The notes beneath the pieces were generated by a model, which was not told the origin of the DNA, did not search any database, and saw nothing but the letters and a program-made list of their open reading frames with translations. Positions 28,107-39,188 of a stretch of 60,764 bases of DNA are shown here, in pieces. The stretch is from an uncultured Bifidobacteriaceae bacterium (GTDB lineage: Bacteria > Acidobacteriota > Vicinamibacteria > Vicinamibacterales > UBA2999), in assembly GCA_964619705.1 (NCBI GenBank), contig CAZUGF010000011.1, positions 1 through 60,764 on the forward strand, written 5' to 3'. The position numbers were made by a program, and so were the translations under genes. Position 1 is the first letter of the stretch. Every line of letters begins with the position of its first letter.

Positions 28107-28532
28107 TTATGCGGTGAGCGTGGCCTTGAGCGTCATCGGCGTCGCGGCCAGCGCGCGCGAGATGATGCAGCCCGACTTCGCCTTCTCCGCGTGATCCTGG
28201 AACGTCGCCTCGTCCACGCCCGGGACGGTGGCGTCGACCGTCAGGTCGATCTTCGTGATCAGGAACCCCTTGTCGTCCTTGCCGAGGTGCACGTCCGCCG
28301 TGGTGCGCACGCTCGTCGCCGTGAAGCCCGCGGTGGCCAGCGAGTTGGCGAGCGCCATCGAGTAGCAGCCCGCGTGCGCGGCCCCGACCAGCTCCTCGGG
28401 ATTGGCGCCCGGCTTGTCCTCGAAGCGCGTCGTGAACGAGTAGTCGCCCTCGTAGGCGCCGCTGCCGAGCTTCACGCGCCCGACACCGCTCTTGAGATCG
28501 CCCTTCCATTCCGCTGTTGCCTGACGTGCCAT
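28107..28532 (-). CDS. osmC: OsmC family peroxiredoxin
   Basis: Start MARQATAEWKGDLKSG after GAGGAGG Shine-Dalgarno. ELVGAAHAGCYSMAL and KSGCIISRAL (two conserved Cys). Confidence 0.9.
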   Translation of the reverse strand: MARQATAEWKGDLKSGVGRVKLGSGAYEGDYSFTTRFEDKPGANPEELVGAAHAGCYSMALANSLATAGFTATSVRTTADVHLGKDDKGFLITKIDLTVDATVPGVDEATFQDHAEKAKSGCIISRALAATPMTLKATLTA

Positions 28533-28581
28533 CTGTACCTCCTCAATGAGTGCCGAAAGTACAGATGGTAGCAAACGCGGA

Positions 28582-28944
28582 CTACTTCTTCGCGACGTCC
28601 TTGACGATGAAGAGCTTCTCGCCCGGCTTGATCAGCCCGAGCTGGCCGCGCGCGAGCGCCTCGATGGCCGCGGGATCCTCCCGCAGGCGCCGCGCCTGAT
28701 CGCGCAGCGCCGCGTTCTCCTCGCGGGCCGTCTCGAGCGCGCGCTCGACGGCCGAGAACTCCCGCCGTGCCTGGACGAGCGCCAGCACGCCCTTCTCGCC
28801 GAAGACGGCGTCGACCAGCAGGACGGCCGTGACGAAGACGAGGACGTAGCGGGCCAGGCCGGCCCATCGACGGGCTGCCGGCAGCGGTGGAGGAGGTGCG
28901 GCGGAGGCGGGCCCGGTGCCGCGGGCGTCGAGGTCGCCCGTCAT
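28582..28944 (-). CDS. ftsB: Septum formation initiator family protein (FtsB/DivIC-like)
   Basis: Start MTGDLDARG (ATG 28944). One TM helix, coiled coil ...ENAALRDQARRLREDPAAIEALARGQLGLIKPGEKLF. Confidence 0.75.
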   Translation of the reverse strand: MTGDLDARGTGPASAAPPPPLPAARRWAGLARYVLVFVTAVLLVDAVFGEKGVLALVQARREFSAVERALETAREENAALRDQARRLREDPAAIEALARGQLGLIKPGEKLFIVKDVAKK

Positions 28945-29165
28945 CGGTCGTCGGACCCCGTTCGCGTGGCGGTGCTGTCGCCAGTACCGAGGTAGGCCTC
29001 GAGGGCGCGGATCAGGACGCTGCGGAGATCGGAGCGCTCGTCCATCGCGCGGATCTTCGCCGCACGCCACAGCTCTCCCGGAAGCTCGACCGTCGTCTTG
29101 ACCGTATCGCTGTTTGTGCGCTTTCCCGCCACTGCGGAAAGCAGTCTAGGCTTGAACGTGGCCAT
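28941..29165 (-). CDS. Ribbon-helix-helix (CopG-like) small protein
   Basis: 74 aa. TVELPGELWRAAKIRAMDERSDLRSVLIRALEAYL fits a beta-strand plus two-helix RHH pattern. Its stop overlaps the ftsB-like start (ATGA). An AT-rich promoter region lies upstream. Confidence 0.55.
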   Translation of the reverse strand: MATFKPRLLSAVAGKRTNSDTVKTTVELPGELWRAAKIRAMDERSDLRSVLIRALEAYLGTGDSTATRTGSDDR

Positions 29166-29291
29166 ACGGCAAGGTTTAAGGACGTCTTACTGCGCACGAA
29201 TTTATACATAGTTACGCAAATACATGCAAGCTTATTTATGCTTCCACGGCTTTACGGTTACACTCATCCGTATCAGCCCGGATCCGAGACC

Positions 29292-29624
29292 ATGACCGAC
29301 TTCGCCATCGTGCTCACGACGCTGCCCCCCGACGCCGACGCGGACACCCTGGCCCGGCGCCTCGTCGAGGAACGCCTCGCCGCCTGCGTCAGCGTGCTGC
29401 CGCCGATGACATCGACCTATCGCTGGAAGGGGAGCGTGGAGACGGCGGCGGAACGCCAGGTGGTCATCAAGACGCGAGCCTCGCTCGCGGACGCCCTGCA
29501 GCGCCGCATCGCCGAGCTCCATCCCTACGACGTGCCGGAGCTGCTCACGCTCCCGCTGAGCGGCGGAGGCGCCGCCTATCTCGACTGGCTGGCGTCGTCG
29601 ACGTCGTCAGACGCGGGCGGATGA
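29292..29624 (+). CDS. cutA: Divalent-cation tolerance protein CutA
   Basis: MTDFAIVLTT.P....A..LA..LVEERLAACV...P.MTS.YRWKG.VE...E..V.IKT...L..HPYDVPE. Confidence 0.9.
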   Translation: MTDFAIVLTTLPPDADADTLARRLVEERLAACVSVLPPMTSTYRWKGSVETAAERQVVIKTRASLADALQRRIAELHPYDVPELLTLPLSGGGAAYLDWLASSTSSDAGG

Positions 29625-29837
29625 TCGCGGGTCGGTGATCGAGGTGGCCGCGCGCGCGCGAGAGTTGGCGGCGGCCGGTCCGGTGTGGACCAACGGAAGA
29701 ACGATCCGCTCGGACGGGGGGAGCCCGTCCAAGCGGATGCTGGCAGCATTCTGTGCAGGGTGTCGAGCCGCGCCGTGCTCAGGCCGGCGCCGGACAGGGT
29801 CCTTCCCTGCGGACACGCGTCGGGGCCCGGCGCACCG

Positions 29838-30065
29838 CTACGGTGCTTCGAGCTGACCGACGTCGCGTGACAGGCCGATCCGCGGCGGATCGACAGGCAT
29901 CGACGTGCGACCGGTGTGCGAGTACACCTTGGAGTCGGACGTGTCGATGCGGATGGCGTAAGCGATCGGCAGGAGCGCGAGGATGTTCGACAGCGCTGCA
30001 ATCAGCACCGGCGCAATCGCGTTCTCGTCGTCGGGGGTCAGGGAGGATGTGAAACGAATGGTCAT
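29838..30065 (-). CDS. Hypothetical 75-aa protein
   Basis: High GC3 codon bias typical of this genome's genes. No recognisable domain; one hydrophobic stretch (IAPVLIAALSNILALLPIAYAI). Lies downstream of the receiver gene. Confidence 0.45.
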   Translation of the reverse strand: MTIRFTSSLTPDDENAIAPVLIAALSNILALLPIAYAIRIDTSDSKVYSHTGRTSMPVDPPRIGLSRDVGQLEAP

Positions 30066-30086
30066 GGGCGTTCAGGCCCTACCAGG

Positions 30087-30104
30087 GAGCAACTTCTGTA
30101 CCCC
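30087..30104 (-). promoter_or_regulatory. Possible sigma-54 (-24/-12) promoter upstream of the 75-aa ORF
   Basis: Minus strand reads GGGGTACAGAAGTTGCT. It has the correct GG-N10-GC spacing and a TTGCT -12 box, but the -24 box is GGTAC rather than GGCAC. The -12 GC is only about 24 nt from the ATG and no Shine-Dalgarno is visible. Confidence 0.25.
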
Positions 30105-30307
30105 TCGGATGACGGGAGTCGTCCCCAGCCTGCAGGTGGGCCGCGCCGGATGGGGCTCCTGACCGGAAAATCCCTGTAAACCGTGTGCAACGCGCGTGCG
30201 GAGATGCCGTGCAGCGCTCCCGTTGCGGCCCGATTCGGGCAGCCGGACGAAGGAATGTAAAGGGGAAGGGCGTCGGCGAGGCGACTATTGTAGTGAAGCC
30301 CGACGAC

Positions 30308-30712
30308 TTAGGCCGAGGCGTGCGAAAGGTATCGGCGCAGGAGGGCCAGGTCGATAGGCTTGGTCAGGTACACGGCGCCGAGGCGCGTGGCTTCCGCCCG
30401 CAGGACGGGGTCGTCGAAGCCGGAGACGACGAAGAGCCGTGTGGCCGGGCTCTTCTGCTGAATCAGGTGGACGAGTTGTAAACCGTTGTAATCACCGAGC
30501 CGCACGTCGACGATGGCGACTTCGGGCCTGGCGTGGGCGAGATAGGCGCGCGCGTCCTCGAAGGACGTGAACGTGACGGTGGCGTGGCCCCACAGCGTGA
30601 CGATCTGCTCGATCGCCGTCAGGCAGCTGACGTCGTCGTCCACGATCATCACGGAGCGCGTGATGTCGCTCGTCTCGTCGCCGTGCGCGGCGGTTTGCCG
30701 GTTCTGTGTCAT
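30308..30712 (-). CDS. Stand-alone response-regulator receiver domain protein
   Basis: VMIVDDDVS..., EVAIVDVRLGDYNG, LFVVSGF, YLTKP. Start is ATG 30712 or GTG 30736. Confidence 0.85.
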   Translation of the reverse strand: MTQNRQTAAHGDETSDITRSVMIVDDDVSCLTAIEQIVTLWGHATVTFTSFEDARAYLAHARPEVAIVDVRLGDYNGLQLVHLIQQKSPATRLFVVSGFDDPVLRAEATRLGAVYLTKPIDLALLRRYLSHASA

Positions 30713-30758
30713 CGGCCACTCGAAGGTCCCGCCCACTCCGGAGCCGGCTGGACCAGAA

Positions 30759-31913
<1,155 letters not shown>

Positions 31914-32522
31914 CTCATTTGTCCTTTCACCTGTGCTGGTTAGCCGGCCCGGCGGCAAAAGGTGCCGGTATCCAGAAACCAAAGGCTGCCGTACTGGCGA
32001 CATCTTATCCTGACTCACAGTGCCTTCGTCAACTCTTTTTTGCCACATTGTCCTCTCGTGTCATATCCATGACGACAATGTCCAGACGCCGTAAATCAGA
32101 ATTGTCAATATTCACGCAGTTTTGTCGCCGGTCGCGTGAACTTGCCGGACGAATTGGCCGACTTTCCGCGGGACGCACGGGTGGGCTGTTTTTCGGCCGG
32201 GAGCGACCTCGCGCGGCGAGGCGGCGTCGGGTGCCCGGCCGGTGCCTGGATGCGTCACGGCGAGGTTGCGCGGACGTCGCCGGGCTGTCCGAAGTCACGC
32301 TGATCGCGGACTTTAATCCGCGCGCCGGGGCCAGTTCTGGCAGATCGCGGGTATAGGGATTCGGCCGCACACGTCCGGCGCCGCCCCGTTATCCATTGAC
32401 AGGCAAGGAGATACTCCCGATTGCCGTCCATGGTCGCGGTAGGTGGTGTCTTTGCACTTCAACCGGGCAACCCGTTCCGTGCGGGCGCTCCAGGGCGCGC
32501 CGGACAAGGGGGGCGACCAGAT

Positions 32523-33623
<1,101 letters not shown>

Positions 33624-33644
33624 GGGGCGCCGCGCCGGCGCCCC
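33624..33644. terminator. Short GC hairpin between convergent genes
   Basis: GGGGCGCC-GCGCC-GGCGCCCC, immediately after the activator stop. Confidence 0.35.
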
Positions 33645-33653
33645 GCCCGGTCC

Positions 33654-34805
33654 TCACCCGAGGGCCTGGGCCAGATCCTCCTTCAGATCCTCGATGTCCT
33701 CGATGCCGACGGACACGCGCACGAGCCCGTCGGTGATGCCGAGGGCCGCGCGCCGCTCCGGCGGCACCGACGCGTGCGTCATCACCGCCGGGTGCGAGAT
33801 CAGCGTCTCGACGCCGCCGAGGCTCTCCGCGAGCGCCATCAGCCGCACGCGTCCGAGCAGGCGCGTGGCCGCCTCGAGCGAGCCCGTGTCGAACGAGATC
33901 AGCCCGCCGAACCCGCGCATCTGACGGCTGGCCAGTGCGTGGTGCGGGTGCGAGGGCAGCCCGGGATAGATGGTGGCCCGGACCTTCGGATGGCCCGACA
34001 GGAACTCCGCGATGGCCATCGTGTTGGCGTTGGTCCGCTCCATCCGCACGGTGAGCGTCTTGGTCCCGCGCAGCACCAGCCACGCGTCCATGGGCCCGAG
34101 GATCGCGCCCGCCGCGTTCTGCACGAACCGCATCCACTCCACATCGTCCTCGTGCTTGACGACGACGATGCCGCCGACGCTGTCGCTGTGGCCGTTGAGG
34201 AACTTGGTCGTGCTGTGCGTGACGATGTCGGCGCCGAGCGCGAGGGGCTGCTGCAGGTACGGGCTCGCGAACGTGTTGTCCACCACGACCCGCACCCCGT
34301 GCCGGTGCGCGATGGCGCTCGCGGCGGGGAGGTCCGTGATGTTGAGCATCGGGTTCGTCGGCGTCTCGACGAACAGGTACTTCGTCTTCGGCGTGATCGC
34401 CGGCTCGATACGGTCGAGCTCGGACGTGTCCACGTAGGTGAAGTCGAGGCCGAACTTGCGGCGCACGCGCTCGAAGAGGCGGAACGTGCCGCCGTAGGTG
34501 TTGTCGCTGACGAGGACGTGGTCCCCGGCTTCGAGCCGCGTCAGGATGGCGTCGATGGCCGCCATGCCCGACGCGAAGGCGAACCCGGCCGTGCCGGCCT
34601 CGATCGCCGCGAGGTTGCGCTCGAGCGCCATACGCGTGGGGTTCTGCGTGCGGCCGTACTCGTAGCCCTTGTGCCGGCCGAGCCCTTCCTGCACGTAGGT
34701 CGACGTCTGGTAGATCGGCGTGATGATGGCGCCGGTCGACGGGTCGGGCTCCTGCCCGGCATGGATGCAGATGGTGCTGAAACGAGCGGTGTCTTTGAGC
34801 TTCAT
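33654..34805 (-). CDS. Cys/Met-metabolism PLP-dependent enzyme (cystathionine gamma-lyase / gamma-synthase family)
   Basis: Start MKLKDTARFSTICIHAG (ATG 34805). YGRTQNPT, HSTTKFLNGHSD (PLP lysine), ESLGGVETL. Confidence 0.9.
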   Translation of the reverse strand: MKLKDTARFSTICIHAGQEPDPSTGAIITPIYQTSTYVQEGLGRHKGYEYGRTQNPTRMALERNLAAIEAGTAGFAFASGMAAIDAILTRLEAGDHVLVSDNTYGGTFRLFERVRRKFGLDFTYVDTSELDRIEPAITPKTKYLFVETPTNPMLNITDLPAASAIAHRHGVRVVVDNTFASPYLQQPLALGADIVTHSTTKFLNGHSDSVGGIVVVKHEDDVEWMRFVQNAAGAILGPMDAWLVLRGTKTLTVRMERTNANTMAIAEFLSGHPKVRATIYPGLPSHPHHALASRQMRGFGGLISFDTGSLEAATRLLGRVRLMALAESLGGVETLISHPAVMTHASVPPERRAALGITDGLVRVSVGIEDIEDLKEDLAQALG

Positions 34806-34910
34806 GCGTGAGGGTCCAAAACGGTAACGATACTCTGATATCATTTTCGCGCGCAATCGCCGTCATGTTCTCCGGCGTGCCGTGCGCGCCCGTCCCTGCT
34901 CCCGCGCCTC

Positions 34911-37085
34911 ATGGCCGAACCCGTCCGCCCGCCCGTGCTCCTGGTCGGTGCCGCGCCGTCTCGCTGGCTCGCGTGGCGGCGCTGGCTGCTCGGCAGCCTC
35001 CCGGGGCGCGCGCTGCTCATCGGCGCCGCGATCAAGGCCGTCACGTGGACGGTGGAAGCGCTCGGCGGATCCCTGCCGCGATGGCTGGAAGCCCTGGACA
35101 CCATGGGGAGCCTCGCGCTCCTCTTCGTCTGCTTCTACGGCCTCACGCGCCTGTTCTTCTGGGCCAAGCGCCGCCTCCTGTGGCGCGTCCGGCGCAAGCT
35201 GATCCTCTCCTACGTCTTCGTCGGCGTGGTCCCGGTCCTGCTCGTCATCACGTTCTTCCTCCTGGCCGGACTGCTGCTCTTCTTCAACGTGAGCTCCTAT
35301 CTCGTTCGCTCCCGCATCCAGGCGCTGACCGATCAAGCCCAGTTCCTGGCGCAGACGACCGTCGTGGAACTGCAGCGGAGCCCGTCCCCGGCCTCGCTGG
35401 TGGATACGCTCGAGCGCCGGGAGGCGAGCGTCGCGCCCCGATATCCGTTCGTGTCCGTGGCTGTCGTGCCGGTGAACGGCCGCGCGTGCCAGGCGCGGAC
35501 GGCCGCCGCGCGGGTGCCGCGCACGCTGCCCGTCGCCCTGCCCGTGTCGGTCGGCGCGTGGGCGCATCTGGATGCCCCGACGGCGCTGCCCGCCTGGATC
35601 CCCTGCGAGGGATTCTCCGGCCTCCTGGCGTACACCGTGCCGCCCACCGCGGCGATCCCGACCGCGCACACGAAGCTCGTGATGCGCGCGGTGGCGTTCC
35701 AGGAAGTGCCCAACCCGACGTGGGCTGTCGTGCTCGACCTGCCGTTCTCGAACGCCGTAGAAGGGCGGATGCGCGAGGAGACCGGGATCCGCCTCGGCGA
35801 AGTGACGGCGACGCCGTTCGGCGAGCGCGTCGGCGCGCGTCCCGTCACGGGGCGGGCCATCGAGCCGGTCACCTCCGACGCCGCCGGAGCGGAGGATCCC
35901 GCGTCGCTGACGACCCCGAGCTGGGTCGCCTTCCTGGACTACACGGACTGGGCGACGGGCGAGGCCTCCGGCGCGACGCTCGCCATCAGCATCAACGCCT
36001 GGACCATCTACGATCGCCTGTCCGCGTCCCCGGCCGCCGCCGGCGAGAACTTCGGCCAGATCCTCCTCGCGGTGCTGGCCGTGCTCGGCGGGCTCTTCCT
36101 GATGATCCAGTTCGTCGCGCTGGTCATCGGCCTGGTCCTCGCGCGCCAGATCACCGGCGCCGTCCACGACCTGTTCACCGGGACGCAGCACCTGCGCAAC
36201 CGCGATTTCGCGTACACGATCCCCGTCCGCAAACGCGACCAGCTCGGGGAACTGGCGGAGTCCTTCAACGCGATGACGGGCGAGGTGACGACCTTGCTCG
36301 GCGAGGTGGCGGAGAAGGGCCGGCTGGAACAGGAGATGCACGCCGCCCGCGACATCCAGCAGAAGCTGCTGCCGCCGGCGCCGCGCCACATGAACGGCCT
36401 GACGATCGCGGCCTTCTGCGAGCCCGCCCGCGAGGTCGCCGGGGACTACTACGACTTCCTGCCGATCACGGACACGATGATCGGCGTGCTCATCGCGGAT
36501 GTGGCCGGCAAGGGCCTGGCGGCCGGCCTCTACATGGCGCAGCTCAAGGTGATCGTGCAGTCGCTCGCGCGGCTCCATCACGAGCCGCGCGCGTTCCTCA
36601 TCGAGGTCAACCGCGTCGTCGCGCAGAACATCGACGCGAAGAGCTTCATCACGATGACCTACGGCGTCATCGACCTCGAGCGCCGGGAGATGACCTTCGC
36701 GCGCGCGGGCCACTGCCCGCTGGTGCTGGTCCCCGGGCGGGACCCGGCCGGGCTGCGCAAGGCCGAGCTGCTCGCGCCGGATGGCCTCGTCGTGGGCCTG
36801 AACATCGACGACGGGACGCTCTTCGAGTCCATCCTCCAGCAGCAGACCATCGCGCTCGGCACCGACGACCTGCTCGTCCTCTTCACCGACGGCATCAGCG
36901 AGACGATGAACGAGGCGTTCGACTGCTTCGGGGAAGCACGCCTCGCCCGGGTGATCGAGCAGTACGCCCACCTGCCCTTCGATCACCTGCGGTCCTACAT
37001 CCTTGCCGAGCTCCGTTCCTTTTCCGGTGCGGCCGATCAGCACGACGACATGACGATGATTCTCCTGAAGGTGGGCGCGTGCTGA
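34911..37085 (+). CDS. Membrane sensor with HAMP domain and PP2C/SpoIIE-type phosphatase domain
   Basis: TM helices, large extracytoplasmic region, HAMP (LARQITGAVHDL...LGELAESFNAM), then ARDIQQKLLP, GDYYDF, IADVAGKG and FTDGISE. Confidence 0.9.
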   Translation: MAEPVRPPVLLVGAAPSRWLAWRRWLLGSLPGRALLIGAAIKAVTWTVEALGGSLPRWLEALDTMGSLALLFVCFYGLTRLFFWAKRRLLWRVRRKLILSYVFVGVVPVLLVITFFLLAGLLLFFNVSSYLVRSRIQALTDQAQFLAQTTVVELQRSPSPASLVDTLERREASVAPRYPFVSVAVVPVNGRACQARTAAARVPRTLPVALPVSVGAWAHLDAPTALPAWIPCEGFSGLLAYTVPPTAAIPTAHTKLVMRAVAFQEVPNPTWAVVLDLPFSNAVEGRMREETGIRLGEVTATPFGERVGARPVTGRAIEPVTSDAAGAEDPASLTTPSWVAFLDYTDWATGEASGATLAISINAWTIYDRLSASPAAAGENFGQILLAVLAVLGGLFLMIQFVALVIGLVLARQITGAVHDLFTGTQHLRNRDFAYTIPVRKRDQLGELAESFNAMTGEVTTLLGEVAEKGRLEQEMHAARDIQQKLLPPAPRHMNGLTIAAFCEPAREVAGDYYDFLPITDTMIGVLIADVAGKGLAAGLYMAQLKVIVQSLARLHHEPRAFLIEVNRVVAQNIDAKSFITMTYGVIDLERREMTFARAGHCPLVLVPGRDPAGLRKAELLAPDGLVVGLNIDDGTLFESILQQQTIALGTDDLLVLFTDGISETMNEAFDCFGEARLARVIEQYAHLPFDHLRSYILAELRSFSGAADQHDDMTMILLKVGAC

Positions 37086-38026
37086 CGGTCGTCTTCCGGA
37101 CGCGCTCGGACATCGAGGCCAACGTGGTCCAGGCCCTCCTCGAGAGCCACGGCGTGGAGTCCGTGCGCACCGCCGGGGCGCCGCAGGGCGTGTTCCCCTT
37201 CACCGTGAGCACCCTCGGCGAGACGCGCGTGTCCGTGCGCACCGACGAGGCCGACGCCGCCGTGCGGATCATCGAGGCGCACCGCGAGCAGGTGGGCGGG
37301 GGCCAGGTCGTGCCGCTCTCGCAGCAGTTCGTGGACCTCGAGCACCGCCTGGGCTACCGCTTCCGGGATCGCGGCCTGCTGGAGCACGCCATGACGCACC
37401 GCTCCAAGGCGCACGAGGACCCGAGCGGCGGGGTCGTGGACAACGAGTCGCTGGAGTTCCTCGGTGACGCGGTCCTCGGCCTGGTCGTGGCGGACATGCT
37501 CTTCCGCACGTTCCCGACCTACTCCGAAGGGCAGAAGTCCAAGATCAAGGCCAACCTGGTCTCCACCGCGTCGCTGGCCGAGATGGCCGACGGGCTCGGC
37601 CTCGGCGACCACATGATCCTGGGACGGGGCGAGGAGAAGACGGGCGGGCGTCGCAAGCAGGCCCTGCTGGCCGACACCTGCGAAGCGCTCATCGCGGCAC
37701 TCTACATCGACGGCGGCCTGGAGACGGCGCGGCACTTCATCGTGCGCGAACTCTCGGCGCGCATCGACGAGGCGCGGCAGCCCGGCTACTTCGGGCGCGA
37801 CTACAAGTCGCGGCTGCAGGAGCGCCTGCAGAGCCTGGGCCGATCGCTGCCGGCCTACCGCGTGTCCGGCGAGGCCGGGCCGGAGCACCGGAAGCTCTTC
37901 CACGTGGAGATCCTGGTGGACGATCAGCCGATCGGGCAGGGCAGCGGGCGGACGAAGAAGGACGCCGAGCAGGAAGCCGCGCGCCTCGCCATGGAGACGC
38001 TCGACGAGGCCGGGCCCCCGGCCTGA
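37079..38026 (+). CDS. rnc: Ribonuclease III with an in-frame N-terminal DUF2007-like extension
   Basis: RNase III signature ESLEFLGDAVLGLVVAD, and dsRBD ...FHVEILVDDQPIGQGSGRTKKDAEQEAAR. GTG 37079 overlaps the preceding stop. An alternative internal GTG at 37310 would give a canonical-length protein. Confidence 0.85.
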   Translation: MLTVVFRTRSDIEANVVQALLESHGVESVRTAGAPQGVFPFTVSTLGETRVSVRTDEADAAVRIIEAHREQVGGGQVVPLSQQFVDLEHRLGYRFRDRGLLEHAMTHRSKAHEDPSGGVVDNESLEFLGDAVLGLVVADMLFRTFPTYSEGQKSKIKANLVSTASLAEMADGLGLGDHMILGRGEEKTGGRRKQALLADTCEALIAALYIDGGLETARHFIVRELSARIDEARQPGYFGRDYKSRLQERLQSLGRSLPAYRVSGEAGPEHRKLFHVEILVDDQPIGQGSGRTKKDAEQEAARLAMETLDEAGPPA

Positions 38027-38066
38027 GCGGCGGCGGGACCGGGCGTTCGGCGGCTGAGGTCCGCGA

Positions 38067-39188
38067 TCAGTCGATCTCGATGATGCCGACCGCGCGCCGA
38101 TCGCCGGCCACGCGCGCGACGGGCGCGGGCTGCACCTCGGGGAGGCGCGTGGACGCGTAGGCCTGGACCTGGTGCGCCACCTCGTCCACCGAGGGCGGCA
38201 CCGGCCGGCAGTGCAGCCGGACCCAGAGCCGGAGGAGCGGGTCGACGAAGCTGTAGCGCTTCTGCCGCGACACGACGAGGTCCACGTCCTCGAGCCAGGA
38301 GAGGTAGTCCTTCGTCGATCCGGGCGTCCGCCGGAGGCGCAGCGCGATCTCGGTGAGCGTCAGCGGCTCCTCTTCGGCGAGGATCTCGAGGATGGCCTTG
38401 AGCGCGCCGTAGCCGCGTGCCCGGTGCAGGCGCAGCTCGTAGCGGTATCCGCACCACGTGGTGAGCGCGCCGTCCGCCGTGAGGAGCGCGGTGAGGGCGC
38501 TGATCGGATCGCCGCCGCGCGGCCCCATGGCGGCCGTGGCCTCGCCCATGGCATGGACGTAGGCGGCGCGCCCGTCGGTGAGGGCGTGGATGGTGCTGCC
38601 GAGAAACTCGCGGTCGTCCGTGCTCATCTCGCCCATCGGCGGCAGCATGCCGGTCACCTCGGCCGGCGTCAGGGCCGGCAGGTGGATGACCTCGAAGCGC
38701 GCGCCCGCGTCGCGCAGCAGGCGATGCGCCCGCGTCGTGTAGCGGCTCGTCAGGATGAAGCGGTTGTCGCTCCCGGCCAGCGAGTGGAGCAGGTCGCGGA
38801 GGACGTGCCGCAGGCCGGGGAAGCTCTCGAACGTCCGCAGTTCCAGCGTCTCGTCGAGCAGGAACGTGCTGCCGGCGCCACTCGGCCTCGGGCTCGTGAA
38901 GAGGGCGAGCGTCCGATCGAAGGCGTCGCGCGGCGACGTGGGCGCCGCGGGCGCGCGGCCGACGAAGGGCGACCCCGCGGCAATGGCGCCGAAGAAGCGC
39001 TCCGGCGTGCTGGCCGCGCGTTCGACGTCGATGTACTGGCAGCGATCGCGCCCGAGGCGATCCGCGATGCCGTGCAGCAGCGTCGTGCGGCCCGTGCCGC
39101 AGCCGCCGAGGACGACCGGGATGCGGGGCGGCGTCGCCTCCACGGCGGCAAGGACGCGCCGTTCCAGTCCGGTGTGCGGCGCCATCAT
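38067..39188 (-). CDS. AAA-type ATPase with C-terminal winged-helix (archaeal-ATPase/DUF234-like architecture)
   Basis: Start MMAPHTG (ATG 39188) overlaps the hutU stop (ATGA). Walker [10 protein letters not shown], Walker B FLLDE, C-terminal [10 protein letters not shown]...[13 protein letters not shown]. Confidence 0.7.
   Translation of the reverse strand: MMAPHTGLERRVLAAVEATPPRIPVVLGGCGTGRTTLLHGIADRLGRDRCQYIDVERAASTPERFFGAIAAGSPFVGRAPAAPTSPRDAFDRTLALFTSPRPSGAGSTFLLDETLELRTFESFPGLRHVLRDLLHSLAGSDNRFILTSRYTTRAHRLLRDAGARFEVIHLPALTPAEVTGMLPPMGEMSTDDREFLGSTIHALTDGRAAYVHAMGEATAAMGPRGGDPISALTALLTADGALTTWCGYRYELRLHRARGYGALKAILEILAEEEPLTLTEIALRLRRTPGSTKDYLSWLEDVDLVVSRQKRYSFVDPLLRLWVRLHCRPVPPSVDEVAHQVQAYASTRLPEVQPAPVARVAGDRRAVGIIEID

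Noticed and set aside
34806-34910. Possible SAM or other riboswitch upstream of the Cys/Met-metabolism PLP gene
   Set aside because: The divergent spacer is only 105 bp, and I could not find the conserved helices of SAM-type riboswitches. It is too short once a promoter is accommodated.
34863-37043. 726-aa minus-strand ORF. The same reasoning applies to 18897..20822 (-), 50041..51990 (-), 10641..11582 (+), 13459..14577 (-), 46730..48973 (+), 58215..59939 (+) and 39536..40954 (+).
   Set aside because: All are antisense or alternate-frame shadows of genes with clear family motifs. Their compositions are dominated by Arg, Ala, Gly, Pro, Asp and His, with no recognisable domains.
34808-37078. 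First roughly 757 codons of the 1072-aa plus-strand ORF 34808..38026
   Set aside because: Out of frame with, and overlapping, the well-supported HAMP-PP2C gene (34911..37085). Arg/Pro/Gly-rich nonsense. Only the last 315 codons (the rnc gene) look real.
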